A stretch of 64,000 nucleotides of DNA from Iphione sp. A-MEVVRFRX5 (GCA_976226885.1 OZ320316.1:89590001-89654000); one strand, 5' to 3'; positions 37,831-52,099 are shown, counted from the stretch's first letter. Notes: generated by a model from the sequence alone, not told the origin. Numbers and translations are program-made.

Positions 37831-40559
37831 TCTGCTCTTAGGCATTGTGGGCATCTTTGGTGTGCTCAGCATATTCATTGTCATCTTGGAAATGATACCT
37901 TTCTCCTCCAGGGTCCTTCTTATATGCCCCCTGAAAACACATGACAATGGCAATTGGGGACGTGTGAGGATATCAGAGCGACAGGTGCGACTGTAGCTGC
38001 CTTTGATTTGGTTGAGGTGACAAAAATGCCCAGTGAACAGAATGAAATCAGAGCAAATTCCCTCTTTGGTAGTCCCCAGGCATTGGTGAGGTGTACATTA
38101 ATTGCTGATGTGCAAAACTTACATCTAAGGGGCTATGTTTCCCCCCAAGTTGAGTGACAGGATGCTATCTGTAGGGGATGTGGTGCGAAAATTGGCATCC
38201 ACATTGTAGACATGTTGGTATAATGATTAACTATAGGAAACAATTCACTTCCTCTCCAAATCATCCACATCGGGGACGAGTCCACATTCCAGATGTGTTC
38301 GAGAGGAGACATCACACTATACTTGGTAGTAAATTGGCTTAATATTACAGGATTATGATAAAAACATAGATGGGACCATTACTTATATCAAGTGCTGATG
38401 TCAAAATTATCCGTACTTTATTTATAACAAACCTTGAAGTTCTCATAAGAATATGTACTAACTCCCTATTATCACACATTTTTCACCTCTACAGTATTTT
38501 TGCAGTTAAAGATCTTAGGTTTTAACCTTTTACTCAAATGTTTTCCTTGAGTTAATGAATGGATATATAGAATAGAGATAAACATTTAGATTTACAGTTT
38601 ATATTAACATGAACTTTGCCTCGACAACCCTTTGTTTCACTTAGAAACAAACGTGGTTTATGTTGGGACAGTATGGTTTGTTGAATGCATCTCATTTCCA
38701 GTCGGTTGCAATGGTTGGTAAAGCTATGTAACCATCCTTATTATACGATATGCAGGTCAATTAGCACCTTTGTACAAGCCCCTGACCTCCGCTGTCCTCC
38801 TCTAATCATGCTCAATCCACAGAAATGTGGCTACCCACATACATGTATATAAAGAGCAACAGAGCTTCAACGGAACTTCTACACCCATATTATTACGTAT
38901 TTACATGCAACGTCGGGTCCGGAAAATGAAGCACAGAATGTAACACCAGACAGAGATCCTAAACTCAGGACCCCCATCCTTTATATATCGTTATCTATGA
39001 GCTGAGAAGTGCCTATACTAGTTTTTGCATCTATACTCCTAATTTCGATCTCTCTGTTGAACATGTTGTAAATGAAAATTCTAGATTAGGTGAGAAGGAA
39101 CCATATGGTGTTGTAAAAAGTGTTTCGTGTCCGCATCATATTATGTTTAGTCGCAAGAAAAACCAGCAAGTGCATCGCAAATGAGATGTTCAGTATGAAA
39201 TGCGCCATGCGCATAAGAATTGTGTATGAGGGAAAGCTTATGGCTAATTCTGAGTGACATTGTGAATATCTGTTGTATCATACACGAATGAAAATGCAAG
39301 TATATGTGGGTTGTTACTAGTATCAACCTTGCAACCGTGGGGCTTACTTGAAGCCCGTGGAGATAATGTAAAACTCTCTCGTTGACAATGTAATTTTCGA
39401 AATTGCTTTTTAGGTTGCATAGAATTGAGTTGCTTTTAATCTTTACTTTTGAGTTACTGACAGTGAATTATACTCAATCAGGTTGCAACAATACGCATCA
39501 GCAAGAAATCTCCTTGGTCTACACTACACTTCCTCAAATCAATAAAATGCTATGAATAGTAATCAATATTGACCAGTCACATCGTAGATGCGACGACGAA
39601 AGGGAATGCATAAGTAAATGACATAACGTATAGGAGCTTTCAGGCCCTGAATATCTAACGGTATCGAGACAGAACACACCCATGGAAACCCGTGGGGAAA
39701 AGAGATTGACAGGCTTATCAGGTAAAGCCTCCATAGCCTCAGACACCGAAGAGGCGAAGTCAACATTACTGCATGTGAAATCCACTACGTTAACGCTGCC
39801 AAACATAGTTTATCGGAAAAACTTTCAATATTCAAAATGTAGATTTACAAAAACGACATGATGTTATTTGGTTTCATAATAAATTTATGAACAGAACAGC
39901 ATCTGGCAGTCTGGAGTCAGATTTTTTATTATCTTGAATACGAAAATTGATTGCGCTGCTCTGCCTCACCAGTAACGATTTCAATACTATCGCCAGGCCT
40001 TACACTGCCTGGCCACAATTGCCATCCAACTGTTATAATTAAATGATCAGGTCTACCAATAGTTGGTTGCTAATCCCTAATGGTTCAAACTGGTTTTCCT
40101 AACAAACTAAAAAATGTTCAACCAACCAACTCAGTATTTCGAATCTGACAAATTAAGGTGGGCAGCAATGCACAAATAAATAGCGTGTTGGTTCATACGT
40201 GAGATAACAATTATTCTATTATTAGATTATCTACGAAACGTTTTCAGTTAATACGTAAGAATGCTTGAACACTAACTTATAAAAAAGGTAATGTGGAAAG
40301 CATGCAACATGTTCTACAATCAGGTTTCACAGCAATAATCTTATTTCAGAGCATTCAATTTAAGAATGGTCGTATGATTACTTCGGTGAACTCATAGAAA
40401 GTGCAGGGACAATATATATGTTTAACTGAACTCCAAAAAGGCATAAATGTATCCATGGTCATAATGCTTGACTAGAAAATAAAAGGAAAATTCCCTGAAC
40501 TTCACAAACTATACTTTGACTCAAATATAAGTTATACATAACATAGCATTCAATAACTC

Positions 40560-41760
40560 TATTGACCCTATGCAGGCAGGTGATGCCCTGAAGCATTCCT
40601 GGGTGAATGATGGGTGATGCCCACAGGCACTCCCAGGCAAAAGCTGGATGATGACTTGAGGCATTATTTTGACTCTCAGTGTTTCTCCAATGAATTATCA
40701 TGGAAATAATGCATGGATTTCGATCAGAATTGGTCACAATATAAAAAATAATGATACTTTATTCTAGATTATACAGAAATAATGAATTCTGAAAGGAACA
40801 TGATATTTTCCCATGGAAATTGTTATGTTTCTCTGTATTTACATAAGAAACAACTGACATACAAAGTAAAGTACATACCTGATATCAAATTCCAAGTAAT
40901 TTTCTCAAATAAATCCATATTTATTCTTTAAAAGTCCTTACAAATATACATGTATATCCTACTCAAATCCCCCTAAGCAATTTATCACACCACAAATCAT
41001 CCATGTGTACATAAATGATGCAATTATAATGTGCCGCCCTCTATAGGAAAATGTCAAAATTAACCCCACCTTGTGAGTCCATGACATATCGTCAGGTGCT
41101 GCCTGTATAGGGTTAATCTACCTCTCTATGATAGAACCTGTGAGATGACAAATTAACCTCTTTGAGTATCATATTGTAAACTGTATGTTTCGTTCCATTG
41201 ATCCCATTTTTGACATGTGTATATCAGTGCAGATTTTTGGACAAATAGGGCCCCTAAATCTTTGACCAGGAAAAATATTTTGTGTTATTATCCTGGACAA
41301 TATTTTTCTATTTGACCTGAGGCTGGAGAGGTCAAGACACATCCAATTTGCAGTCACAGCTACGTGGCCAAGTTACATGTTTCCTGCTACAGCTTTAACT
41401 TGTCATAACGAATAGTTTCCAAGGGGTAATGGGCACTTATTTCTACAAAATAAAATAACAGAGTAAATACCCACCTAGTGGCAACACACTTTATCTAAAG
41501 GACCATAAGGGTTAAGGGACATACCATGTACATTTGATAACTAAATTCGCTGCCTTCCTGACTGGCCTACCATCACAAAGATCCGACAATTGTTCAGGCT
41601 CTTGTGGCTCCATTGATTTTGTCTGCAAATGCTACTGAGATTGAATGCTATAGCCACAAATTAAGGTTGGTCATACTCCCTTTTGTATTCCCAGGCTATT
41701 TAGCTTGTCAAAACAACTTTTTATTTCTGTGTCAGAGAGAGCAGCAAGGGTGATACACTC
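40560..41760 (+). mobile_element. Degenerate Gypsy RT region
   Basis: KLDDDLRHYFD (KKDGxLRxCxD), FGQIGP, IILDNIFLF (YLDDILVF), HTLSKG and PDWPTITKIRQLF (DWPxP...RxFLG), collinear. Confidence 0.45.
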
Positions 41761-44349
41761 AACAGCAGGTGTTGACAGATTATCACGTACCCTTTGCATC
41801 AAGAGTCAGATTCGCTGTTGCTTTTTTTAACTTTTATCTAAACTGGCAATCCCAAATGGTGCCAGTATTAATCCATGTACAATTTTGTCAGGTCAATCCT
41901 CTATATACACATTATATATACATTATATACATCAGCTCTACTATATACAACATTGCTTGAAGAACCATGAATGAAGAGTCTTGCCCCTGGTCTCTAGACA
42001 CACCTTAAAGAGTGGTGGCTACTTCCAACATGGCTACACTACTTCTGCCCTCTATAATTACCCCAATGCCTCTCTCCCTTATATATTACCTGTATATCCA
42101 TAATTCACATACGTCCAGAGCATAGATTAACATTGAACTCCATTCATAGGAAGGACCCCACTCCAATCCACCCATATTTTTCATGTGTAAAAGTAACAAA
42201 ATGGGTGAAGAGTAATGATGTCAAATTGATGGCTATCAGCAACAAAGGAGTAAGAGTTCGTTACTCTATTTACTGAGTAGTCTAGCATGGGTCAGTCACG
42301 TGGAACATGTAATGTGAAAAGACCTTTGTCTCACTAATCACAATTACATGCTGATCTATAACAGAACAGTGGAGCTGGCAGGAAACTAAAGAAGGGCATT
42401 CAAATGTATGCGTGAAATATGGAATTAGAAAGACACTAAAAGGCATAGGCATATAAGAAGTGCTGTAAGTTCTTAGACCCTACCTCATCTGTTATTGATT
42501 ATGAGGTCAATGGATCTTTAAAACAGCACTGTCCTGGCAACCTGTGCAGCCAGTACTCTACCACATAATGACAGTATACTGTAATTAAAAATATAATGGT
42601 ATACATTAAATTAACAGTATACTACAATTCTTTACAATACTGTGTTCTTATGTAGTCTCTACTGCAATACTTAATATGGAAAGATTTGAACAAATTCTTC
42701 AAATTACTTTTAAACAATCAAACTTCATCACTGGATAACAAACCATTATATGTTGGCAAGTACTGAGGTGGTTAAATGACATCACACCTGGGTAAAATTT
42801 GTTTCAGAAAGGTTAAGATAGTGTCTGTTCTTCTCAAAAATAAGACAAAATAATGCTTATAAGTTCATCTTTCTTGATTAAATCATTTTTATTAGAAATA
42901 CAAAGTTGATTTATTCCCAACAATATTTTACTGTAACTGATAGATTTTACAGTAACACTGTATAATAACAGGTTATCATGAAAATGTACCATACAGTACT
43001 GCTGGTTTACATCCATATCTTAGAGTGATTATTCCCATACAATAAGGCTCTCTCCTCCATCTCTGACATTTATCCATATTACATGAAACAAACTAGTTGG
43101 GAGTCACATATGGATATAGAGAACGAAAGATGACAGTCGGACTTTATACATATTTGTAGTAAACCCTTGGTATTCCATTACCTCGGTATTCCACAATCCT
43201 GCTATTTCAGACACACCTTGGATCAGAATTTAAAATATCAGTTCCCTGAGCATTGCAGGCATAAATTCAAGTAGGATAGGAACAGCCTCACCTTGCGGGA
43301 CCCCATACACTAGCAAATGTGTGAGGAAAGATGTTAGAAAAGCTGTGAGGAAGGGTGCCTTTCTTAAGGGTAGACTGTTAAAGTCAAGCCCTTCAGTATC
43401 CCACCAGCTTCTCTGCTGTAAGCATATTCACTTGGAACCAACCAATGTCACAATGGAGGGGTTTCACTGTAACATAAATATAATATATATATGTATATTT
43501 GTAGAGTGTATGTGCATAAGTATCTTTCATATACTAAAACCCAATATTGTTCGTTGGTTTCGAAATGTTAAAGGCTGTCAGCCAGGCACTTTATGTAGGT
43601 TTATTACGCAAAAGTGATTATTCAAAATATCGCTAATATTTCTTCTAAAGTATTCTAAGCCTCATTGGCTCTGCATGGGCCCTGCAGTCATTCATCGGCT
43701 ATGTTTTTGTTCGTTTAGAAGGAAATGTAGAGAGAGACATAGGAGCAATTCTCTGTGTGAATGGATTAACTTTGGAAAGGGCCCATGACCACTCAACCGT
43801 TGCACGCTGATGTCACATGGACTCGTGCCAGGTAGTCAGAGGTCAGGTTGCTTGGATGCGTCTCCCGAGGTCGTAGCCCATAACTCACCATGGACGCATC
43901 CCCGGAACGGCAAGGTCACCTCTCAGCAAGACCTGGCACCCTTCCCCACGAGTCCGCTATGATAGTCATCTGAATGGGCATTTACGGGATTTTATTTGAG
44001 TATTGAAGTATTAAAAACGACACATCTTCTCCAATGAACCTGGTGAAAGCAAAGTATTTAAATATTGAGGTGGCACACGCATGCCATAACTTGAATTTCC
44101 AGTGCAAGCTCTGTTGCAAATATCTATATACCACGTACTAGGTTGTATTTGCTAACACAGAAACAATCTGTATTTATTCTAGAAAATTTGGTCGTTCGTT
44201 TTATCAAAAAGGAAGTTATATCTTTCTCTACATTTACGAAGGCCTGTATGGGTTCTTCATGGGCCCATTTTTCTGATGCATCTATATATTGGCTCCCTCG
44301 CGCCATCGAGCGTTACTGAGTGAAACGAAACGGGAAAACATGGTCGAAA

Positions 44350-44377
44350 TCTCTCTCCCTACCTCTCTCCCTCCCCG

Positions 44378-44434
<57 letters not shown>

Positions 44435-44450
44435 CTCTCCCTCTCGCTCT
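44350..44450. repeat. Pyrimidine tract with (CT)23 core (44383-44428)
   Basis: Read directly from the sequence. Confidence 0.95.
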
Positions 44451-47400
44451 GTGATATACTCAGGCGCGGCGTAGGCACGTACGTTCGTACATATAACTCA
44501 CCATGGCGATACATGGTCTTCTTAAAGTGAACTAATGAACTTGGGACACGGGATGTTTACAACAATTACGTACTTTTTCCTCCCCATTCGTGTTTGGTTC
44601 TATAGCACATCTTTCTTGTGGACTGTATATCAATCATCTTGAGTTCCTGTATACAGGACAACTATATTTACATAGTGTGTTACGAAAGCTGAGTCAACAT
44701 ACATGTACAGCCTCGATAGAGTTCACCTACCACTGAAAATGCATGGTTTGTTACCATGCATGTTCTTAAAATGATACATATCATCCATATAGAGTCATTT
44801 CATAGTCTGTCCAATAAAGCAATACTGTAGGACGTTTACGTTTATGACGTAGCAATAAAACTGATATATATCTGTTACAATGCATTTTGTTAACAAAGCA
44901 GTGGTACAGCGAGGGGAACTATGTGCACATGTAGGATATATGTCTTAGATAATGATGATAAGACATTATCTACGTGTCTCAGGCTTTATCTACCACAAAG
45001 TCAAGTGGATGTGAAGTGGCAATTCAAAGTCAGTGCATATAACACATTTTTGCCCCTCTTACGAAAGAAGGTCCATTCGTCTTAAGGTACTTGTGCAGTA
45101 AGATATCCAACTGATAAATCAAGGAAATAATTGGTTAAATATTCTTTATTTGTGTTAAGATAAGCTTTTTAAATGCAATCATTCATTTAAGCAAATCATT
45201 GTTTAATACCTTTTCTTTGAGCTACACTTATGTTTCGTTTTCACTATACGAGTATACACAGGGACCCTGAAGATGGCGCCCTAATTTACCTGTAGCTCCT
45301 GGCTCCCCCACTCGTGAATTGGAAACTACACTCAATGAGCGTCAGCTAAACAAATAACACCACATTTTAAGATCCGGACTGTTTCCACACGTAGCAAAGC
45401 TTAATATGATAAAGAAAAAATGTAGTCAACTTCTGCCGTAACAGACACTTCGTATTGTGAACCTTTTTTTCAGACACCTTCCTCCCCCATTAATCCTTTG
45501 ATGGCAGGTTCTGGTGTTTATGTATAGTAAGACCTAGGTGTATAATCAGAAGAGCAGATAAAAATTCAAGCACATGAGACAACGCCGACGTAGAAATGTC
45601 TCATATTTTCGCATGTCTGCATATTTTTCTGCTTATATTTTTGCTATCGGTTCTTTTTCAATCCTGTAAATCTGTGAGGGGAAAGTCATAACGTTAAATC
45701 ATCGTAATGTTCAAGTTTCAGAGTAGATGCTCTCATTAATAACAATGCAATAGGAGCAGCTAATGACACAAAATGAGAAACCGACTTTACATCAAAGCAG
45801 CAAAGATATGCAGACATCACTCATGATACGAACTTAATTGTTTGTCTGATTTTAATCTGGAAAACGACGAACATCTGTAGAGTGAAGAGTTCACGCATTC
45901 TCCTCTCCCTCTATCCCTTCCTATCCTTCCCTCCCTTTCCGTCACCCTCTCTGCGTTCTAATGCCAGTGATCCATTATCGAGGTTCCTTTTATTATTTTG
46001 AATCATACACTGTTTGAATATCAGTGTCGTCAATCCACGTAAAGCTTCCTTAGCTTAATATGAGCAGGGTTAATAAAAGTCTGTTAAACAACTACAGAAT
46101 CACTGATTTTGTCCTTCATTCTTTCAAAAGTATGTGTCACATGTGCAAGCGCAAACATCTGCCCAAAGCTCACGTCCGGGAAATGGCACAATGAGCAGAC
46201 GACTTTGTATATTATGTGGCACAAGCAAAACGTCTGTCAGAGGATGAAAATGAATAAAAATGGCATGGCCGTGTAAGAAAATACTCTCATTCCTTACAAT
46301 GGAGTAGTCTAATAACAACATAAAACAGTAATGAGAAACTGTCTTTACATCAAAGTACCCAATCTCAGGGTAGATTCACTGTTTGAGGCGACGGCACGAG
46401 AGAGTCCTGACCGGGGACGTGCCCACCTGCATAAACGGGCCTGCGCCCGTCTAAAACTAACATTCTGTACCATAAGATTACCTGCCCTCTTGTAGACTAA
46501 CCCTTCTGGATTAGCCCCTTGGGATCTCGGCTACGAAGTCAAATAAGTATGGGAAGCTCCAATACCTTCAAATACTTTGGAATATTCGGAATGCTAACGG
46601 CATATACCTCCGGAGAATCTTTAGGGTGCTGCTGCATGCAGAATACCTTGAAGCAAAGAAAAAGGGAAGGAAGTTAATGTAAGGCTATTCAGATTTATAC
46701 AGCTCTCATGTAAAGACTACCTTGCGCCACACAGAGGACACATGAGTGTACACATCGCTTACTCATTTATAATTTTTATGTTGTATATTCATTTCCTGGA
46801 AGAAGTGTGCATATTGTTATGTTACATTAAATATGTGCGTTTCTGAGTAATGTTTCAAGACTGGGAAAGTCAAAGTAAGAATAAAGTTGAAGGGAATGTA
46901 GTATTAAACTTAGCTCTGCTCAGACGAGTTTGTCCAGAGACTTTATTTAAAAAGGTTATATACCAAATTATGAGAGATGGAATAATGTACAATATGAGGG
47001 TTTCACTGGTGACGCCATTAAAATTTGATGCTAAAGATTATTATATTTTTGAATTTCCTTAACTTACGCTTCTATTTTGTTTGAAAGAATTTGTTTACAT
47101 ATGTATTCGTCACAATATTGAATATGATTTTACTTCATTAAGCAATATCCCAGTAGGAAAAATATATGTCAATTATTTTTAAAGTTGATAATACTGAGTA
47201 GTGTTTTGTTATGGAATTTTTGAAGGAAGAAAATGGTCCATGTCGTCACTTATACATTTCCTACACAGGGAACAGATTCGTGTACAAACAGCCAGTGTAT
47301 GAAACTGTCATCGTTTGGGTCAACTTGCAAAAATACCAGTTTTGATTCATTACAACACCCTGTCAAGTTTGAATGGCAGTCACTGATACATTTCCCAGAG

Positions 47401-48333
47401 AGGTAATAATTTTCTCCACTACTAGTACCAGATATATGATTACAAGGTTCAGATAATAATCAGTTTTATAACTGACTACAGCAGGCCGTCACATATGAAT
47501 GGCAGCAAACGCAGTGCTCCAGCCGCTCCAATAAACACAAACTAATGCTCGTGGTTTTTTTAAACAATTTACTCTGATCATAAGTGTTACAAAGCTGACA
47601 TTTTCACAGTAATCCGGTCATGGGATGAAGGGGAGCAGCACCACATCCTACACGGTAGCCTCGAAAACCGTATAAAGGGGAAACTCGTGGTTTACGGAAA
47701 AGAAATGGTCTAGCTTAATGCAGCGAACGTCATTTAACAGACGTGCTATTTCAATACGGTAATGAAATGTTTTAGAGTGACCACAGACGTGGGAGGTTCC
47801 GTTGGTGACGAGCGACAAAACCTCGTTATTTCTTTTAGGGTTACATGATAGGTACAATGATTACTCGTTAATAAACTTCTTAAGTCGCCACTAACATGGA
47901 ACTCACAAAGTGGACTGTCTATTGGTCTGTGAGCACTGATGCTCCAAAGTTTTGGCTAACCTGGCTAATAACATCCTCTTTCACTAGATAAACGGTGTCA
48001 AAATATTGTATAGCGTTAAGCTCTCTTGGTTGCACCGAGCTAAGATATTTTTGTCATAAATGATATGTGAGCTGCATGGTTTCCATGATGTGATTAATCT
48101 TTTTCGTTGCCCACCCGAGGGAAAGCCAGTATCAAGCAGTGGAGAGTGTTTATTCACAAGATGTTACGCTGGTTGTAAGAGGAGAAGCGGCTGCTGCATA
48201 GTGTTAGCACCACATTTTCTGTTGCGTTGCTTCGACTTGCATTGAGGTACATATGTTGGGAACCGGTGACTATACGTGTTCCATCAACCAATAAACGTGC
48301 AGCTGGATAGAGTACGATGCATGAGCCTTTTTC

Positions 48334-48567
48334 TCAATCAATCATTCTTTCTCTAACTAGGAATTCCCGTACGCCTTGCATATCGACTTCATGTACTCCA
48401 TACGCATATGTACTCCAGATAAGTTTGTCTAGGGAAAGAATGATATCATACCAAGCAGCAGGGCTGTTTCCTTCTGTCCATGTCCAGAGTTTGCAGTCTG
48501 GGGTCTGGAGGGCCCCGTGGATGGAAAATGGACAACGCGTGTTCTTTTCCCGACTCCGGACCAACAC
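48334..48567 (-). mobile_element. Possible L1/Tx1-like endonuclease fragment
   Basis: PDCKLWTWTEGN...YDIILS resembles PxxxxYTW...SRIDxILxS. Confidence 0.3.
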
Positions 48568-48644
48568 AGACCAGTAGGACAGAGAAATGGTTTGGAGGAG
48601 GAGGAATAATGTCTACATATGTTAGTTCATGTTCTTAATTTCTA

Positions 48645-48815
48645 CAGACATGCTTCAATTTTTACGAAAACACACAATTGCAACAAATATGCTTCAATTT
48701 CTATGACAAATTACACCAATTCCATGGGCGTGCTTCAGTTTCCATAAAAAAAACCCGCACAATTTCCACCGACATGCTTCAATTCCCATGAAAAACCACA
48801 CAAATTCCACAGATA
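48645..48815 (+). repeat. Minisatellite of about 40 bp (two alternating ~20-bp subunits), about 4 copies
   Basis: ACA(G/A)A(C/T)ATGCTTCAATTT-type units alternate with AAAA..CACAATT(T)CC-type units. Confidence 0.85.
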
Positions 48816-48823
48816 TGTTTCTC

Positions 48824-48825
<2 letters not shown>

Positions 48826-48865
<40 letters not shown>
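48826..48865. repeat. (CA)20 microsatellite
   Basis: Read directly from the sequence. Confidence 0.95.
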
Positions 48866-48867
<2 letters not shown>

Positions 48868-49329
48868 GTCTCCCCTGCCTCTCCCTGGCTTCTCCCTGAC
48901 CTTTACCTGCCCCCCAGTCTATATCCAGGTGCATAAACATGGAAACCAATGGTCTGTTAGAGTTCGGAGGGGTCTGGAAAATGTATAAAATAATCTCGAC
49001 TATCCCATATAGTGAAAAGAAACCCTACACATGGAAACCCAGCCTTAGTGTTTGTGCCTTCAGAGATGCGGTAGTGGTAGTTTAGCAAGTGTGGACATAT
49101 TGTAGTGTTATGAGATTATCACGTATAATGATCTACGGGATGTCTCTCTTTGTCTCTCTTCTCACAAATTGGCATTAGTATAAGCATGTTTTTCTACTGG
49201 GTATGTTTTTTAATTCTCATCCCTTCACTTTGTGTAATACCCAATCCTTACAATGTATGCCCAGTTATCGTCTACAAAGTCTTCCCTGCGCTATTACAAA
49301 GCCAGCAGAGCATGACTGGATTAAGGATC

Positions 49330-49630
49330 ACAGGTGACAATATTTGATCATTTGCCCAGGTTTGAACGTACCATTTTCAGTCAGCCTAATTTTGTTTCCT
49401 AATGACTTGATAAACTTGAAGGGGATCAATAGTGTGTCATATTTCCTAGATTCTATTTTTGTATGCATGTTCCATAAGTTTAAGAGACTAGGAGAGAGCC
49501 GTAGCAGCTGCGTGGCGAGAAATAATTCGACAAAAGTCTGTTTTCTCCTAGAAGGCGAGGCCTCATAAATCGTCAATTGCTGTGGTCTTAGGAGCTGCAT
49601 TTGACAAATGGTTTTGCAATTGGTCAAGGG
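49330..49630 (-). mobile_element. Possible DIRS RT N-terminal remnant
   Basis: FVELFLA...SLLNL and FKPGQM traces (FxSxxFLVPK...PILNL...PGD). Confidence 0.2.
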
Positions 49631-50669
49631 AGTTGTAGTTATAATTTGATCCTCTCCGTGCCTATTCCCAACCCTTTAAAGTTGCAGCCGATGCCTCGAC
49701 CTTTGGCATGGGGAGCAAAAGTGTATACACCCGAACTACCTGAGGCTTTTGCTTTAGTCGGAAAACAGATCATCAGTCAAGATGTACCCTTACTTCCTAT
49801 ACTGTACAGCTTTGAGACACTTCTAAAGATCTCCCTATTTCAGTCTGAACACTGCTATTTCACGATTAGCTGAGTTGGAGTGCTGCTACCCCAGTCTGTA
49901 GAGGTGTATTCTAATGACGCAGTTATGCATTTTCTCTTAGGCAGAACAGTAGAATTTCGTCCTGTTTAACGTGCTCATGAACACTGCCCTCTTTCCGTGC
50001 CCTTCAAAGAGAAGTACGATTTATTTGGAACATTTTCCGGTACATTGTATTTAAGAAAATGTTCTGTCTCAAACGTCCATACAAGTACTCACTTCAATGA
50101 AAAGGACCGTTTACATATGTGTCCGTATCACGATGGAAGCATTGAAGGCGCATATTACAATATATGTAGTGCTATAAATGTCCGTTTGTTGCAGTCAACC
50201 TCCCTTACTTTTATGCATCGTGTATAGAGCATATTGTACCCTATGCACGGAGTAATACACGATTGTATATGCAAAGTGATACAACTATATAGAAATATAC
50301 AGGAAAAATATCTGAAGAGTATGACCAGTGATGCTTGGAAATACAGGTGGGGGGGATATCTATCCATACAAAAGGTCATGCAGTATAGAAAATATGTCCT
50401 TTTCAAGATATTAATGAATAAGTAGGTAGTACTTCCTGAAGATCAGTTTGGATAATTTTGCTCAAAAGAACAGGAAGCCAAGCTACCTGTTAATATTTTC
50501 AATACCGAATGGACCCATCGCCGAGATGTCAGCGACCCCGCTACAAGGTAGTGTTCTTTTTCCTCTCGTAAGGTTATGATGGATTTTCAAATGGTGAAAA
50601 TACGTCATGTTTGGATATAGTCAGAAAACTACGCGAAACGTTGTGTTGTGACGGATTCTTTAGCCGCTC

Positions 50670-50990
50670 AGTGATAGGCCAATTCCTTGAGCTGAATCTT
50701 CAACATGCACCTACTGTGGAATAAGAAGTCGATTTCGGTTATGGAGAACGGTTTCTCATCGGTCACTGAATACTCTAAGCTCATCCCGATAGAGGTAAGA
50801 AAGTTATATGAGCGACACTGACAGTTATACTGATCATCACTGAAACCGACAGGGGGAAGCACTAAGCGTCCACGGGCGAACGTTGATGGGGCCACGCAAG
50901 GACTCAGCCGAGGTTGGGAAGCTATATGCTTGTCCGCGTCTTCAAAGACACCTACACAAGCTAAAGCTTTCTGCAGCTAGTTAATGTGCT
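50670..50990 (-). mobile_element. Degenerate DIRS RT fragment
   Basis: FEDADKHI (LKDAYxHI), APSTFAR (APRxFTK), FSDD, FLTSIGM...EIDFL...SRCM (LLxxLG...IEFLG...DSxxM). Confidence 0.4.
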
Positions 50991-51311
50991 GGCTTTCTAT
51001 GGGCTTTGCAGTGGGCGTAATGGCGTCTTATGAGGGGCCCCTGGGCCTTGAGCCGTATAACAGGGCATGCAACCTGGTGTGTCTGAGTGCTGCTCGCGGT
51101 GACATGGAGACGCCAGCGTCCTCGACCCCGTCAGCTGCTCGCTAACAGCTCCGCCGATAAGTTCATTGTGAAGAGGCCGGCGTCTTTGGCATCACCAGGT
51201 TGACGATTCATTACACAGCCTCTGGGTCTGTCATTCCGCTGGGGCTCAGGGCACGGGGTTCTTCCTCATCAGGTCAACCACATTACCAGCACCCAAGTGA
51301 GGAGCGGGTCA

Positions 51312-51348
51312 GGGGTGGGGTTGGGGGGGGGGGTGGAGGGAGGGGGGG
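51312..51348 (+). repeat. G-run cluster with G-quadruplex potential
   Basis: G4-T-G4-TT-G11-T-GG-A-GGG-A-G7. Confidence 0.8.
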
Positions 51349-52099
51349 ATTCATCTAAATGCCAAGCCACATATGACGGGTAACATCGGCGTACATTTAG
51401 CTGATGACAGGCAGACGTGCAGCCGTATTCTCCGGAACATAGCTTTTACCTCCGTTAAATCTCTTGCGAGTTATCTTAGCGACATTATAAAAATGATGGT
51501 TTTATATTCTCTTTACATTAATTAACCCGTTCTCCTCATCATTTAATGTGGAATCGTTATGATACTCACACTCTGATCATAATTACACACACAATATACA
51601 TGCTAGAAAATCTATCACACTATCCCTTCGTTTGACAAGCAACAAGCAACAAATTATACCCGATGGCAATACATGTATGAACACTGAATTAGTTGTTACT
51701 ACACGTGTCATGAATTATTTAAGACAGACATATTTCACAGTATGGGGAAACGGTGAATCTCAAGCCCTCAAATAAAGTACAATTTACCATTATCTAATTG
51801 TCAGGTATCCCCTTTAGAAATAAATTCAATGTACTATGAAGTGAGGTCGGGTAAGTCGATATGCATATATCGTGTTTCTTCCTCAAGGAGCTACACGCTC
51901 CGCCCGGAGATCTTTTCCGGTTCATGGGGATCACGAGATTAAACATTTGGTTCAGCAAAGACAGGTAGATATTTGCGCTGTGTTCTTTTATAAGTAAACC
52001 TAGCGTTTTCCGCGAAACGTCTTTTTCGGCTCACATAATAGTTTCTTTCTATGTTTGCCTCCATGCATCTTTCATGTTGATAAATTGTACGTGAACTCA

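Noticed and set aside
39534-39806. 90-aa minus-strand ORF with protein-like composition
   Set aside because: No known motif and no convincing donor site.
45265-45330. Hammerhead ribozyme (CTGAAGA...GAAAC)
   Set aside because: Stem II does not close canonically; I found no complete hammerhead by eye anywhere in the window.
48645-48815. Regularly spaced repeats as a CRISPR array
   Set aside because: Units are degenerate and contiguous without unique spacers, the context is eukaryotic, and there are no cas genes.
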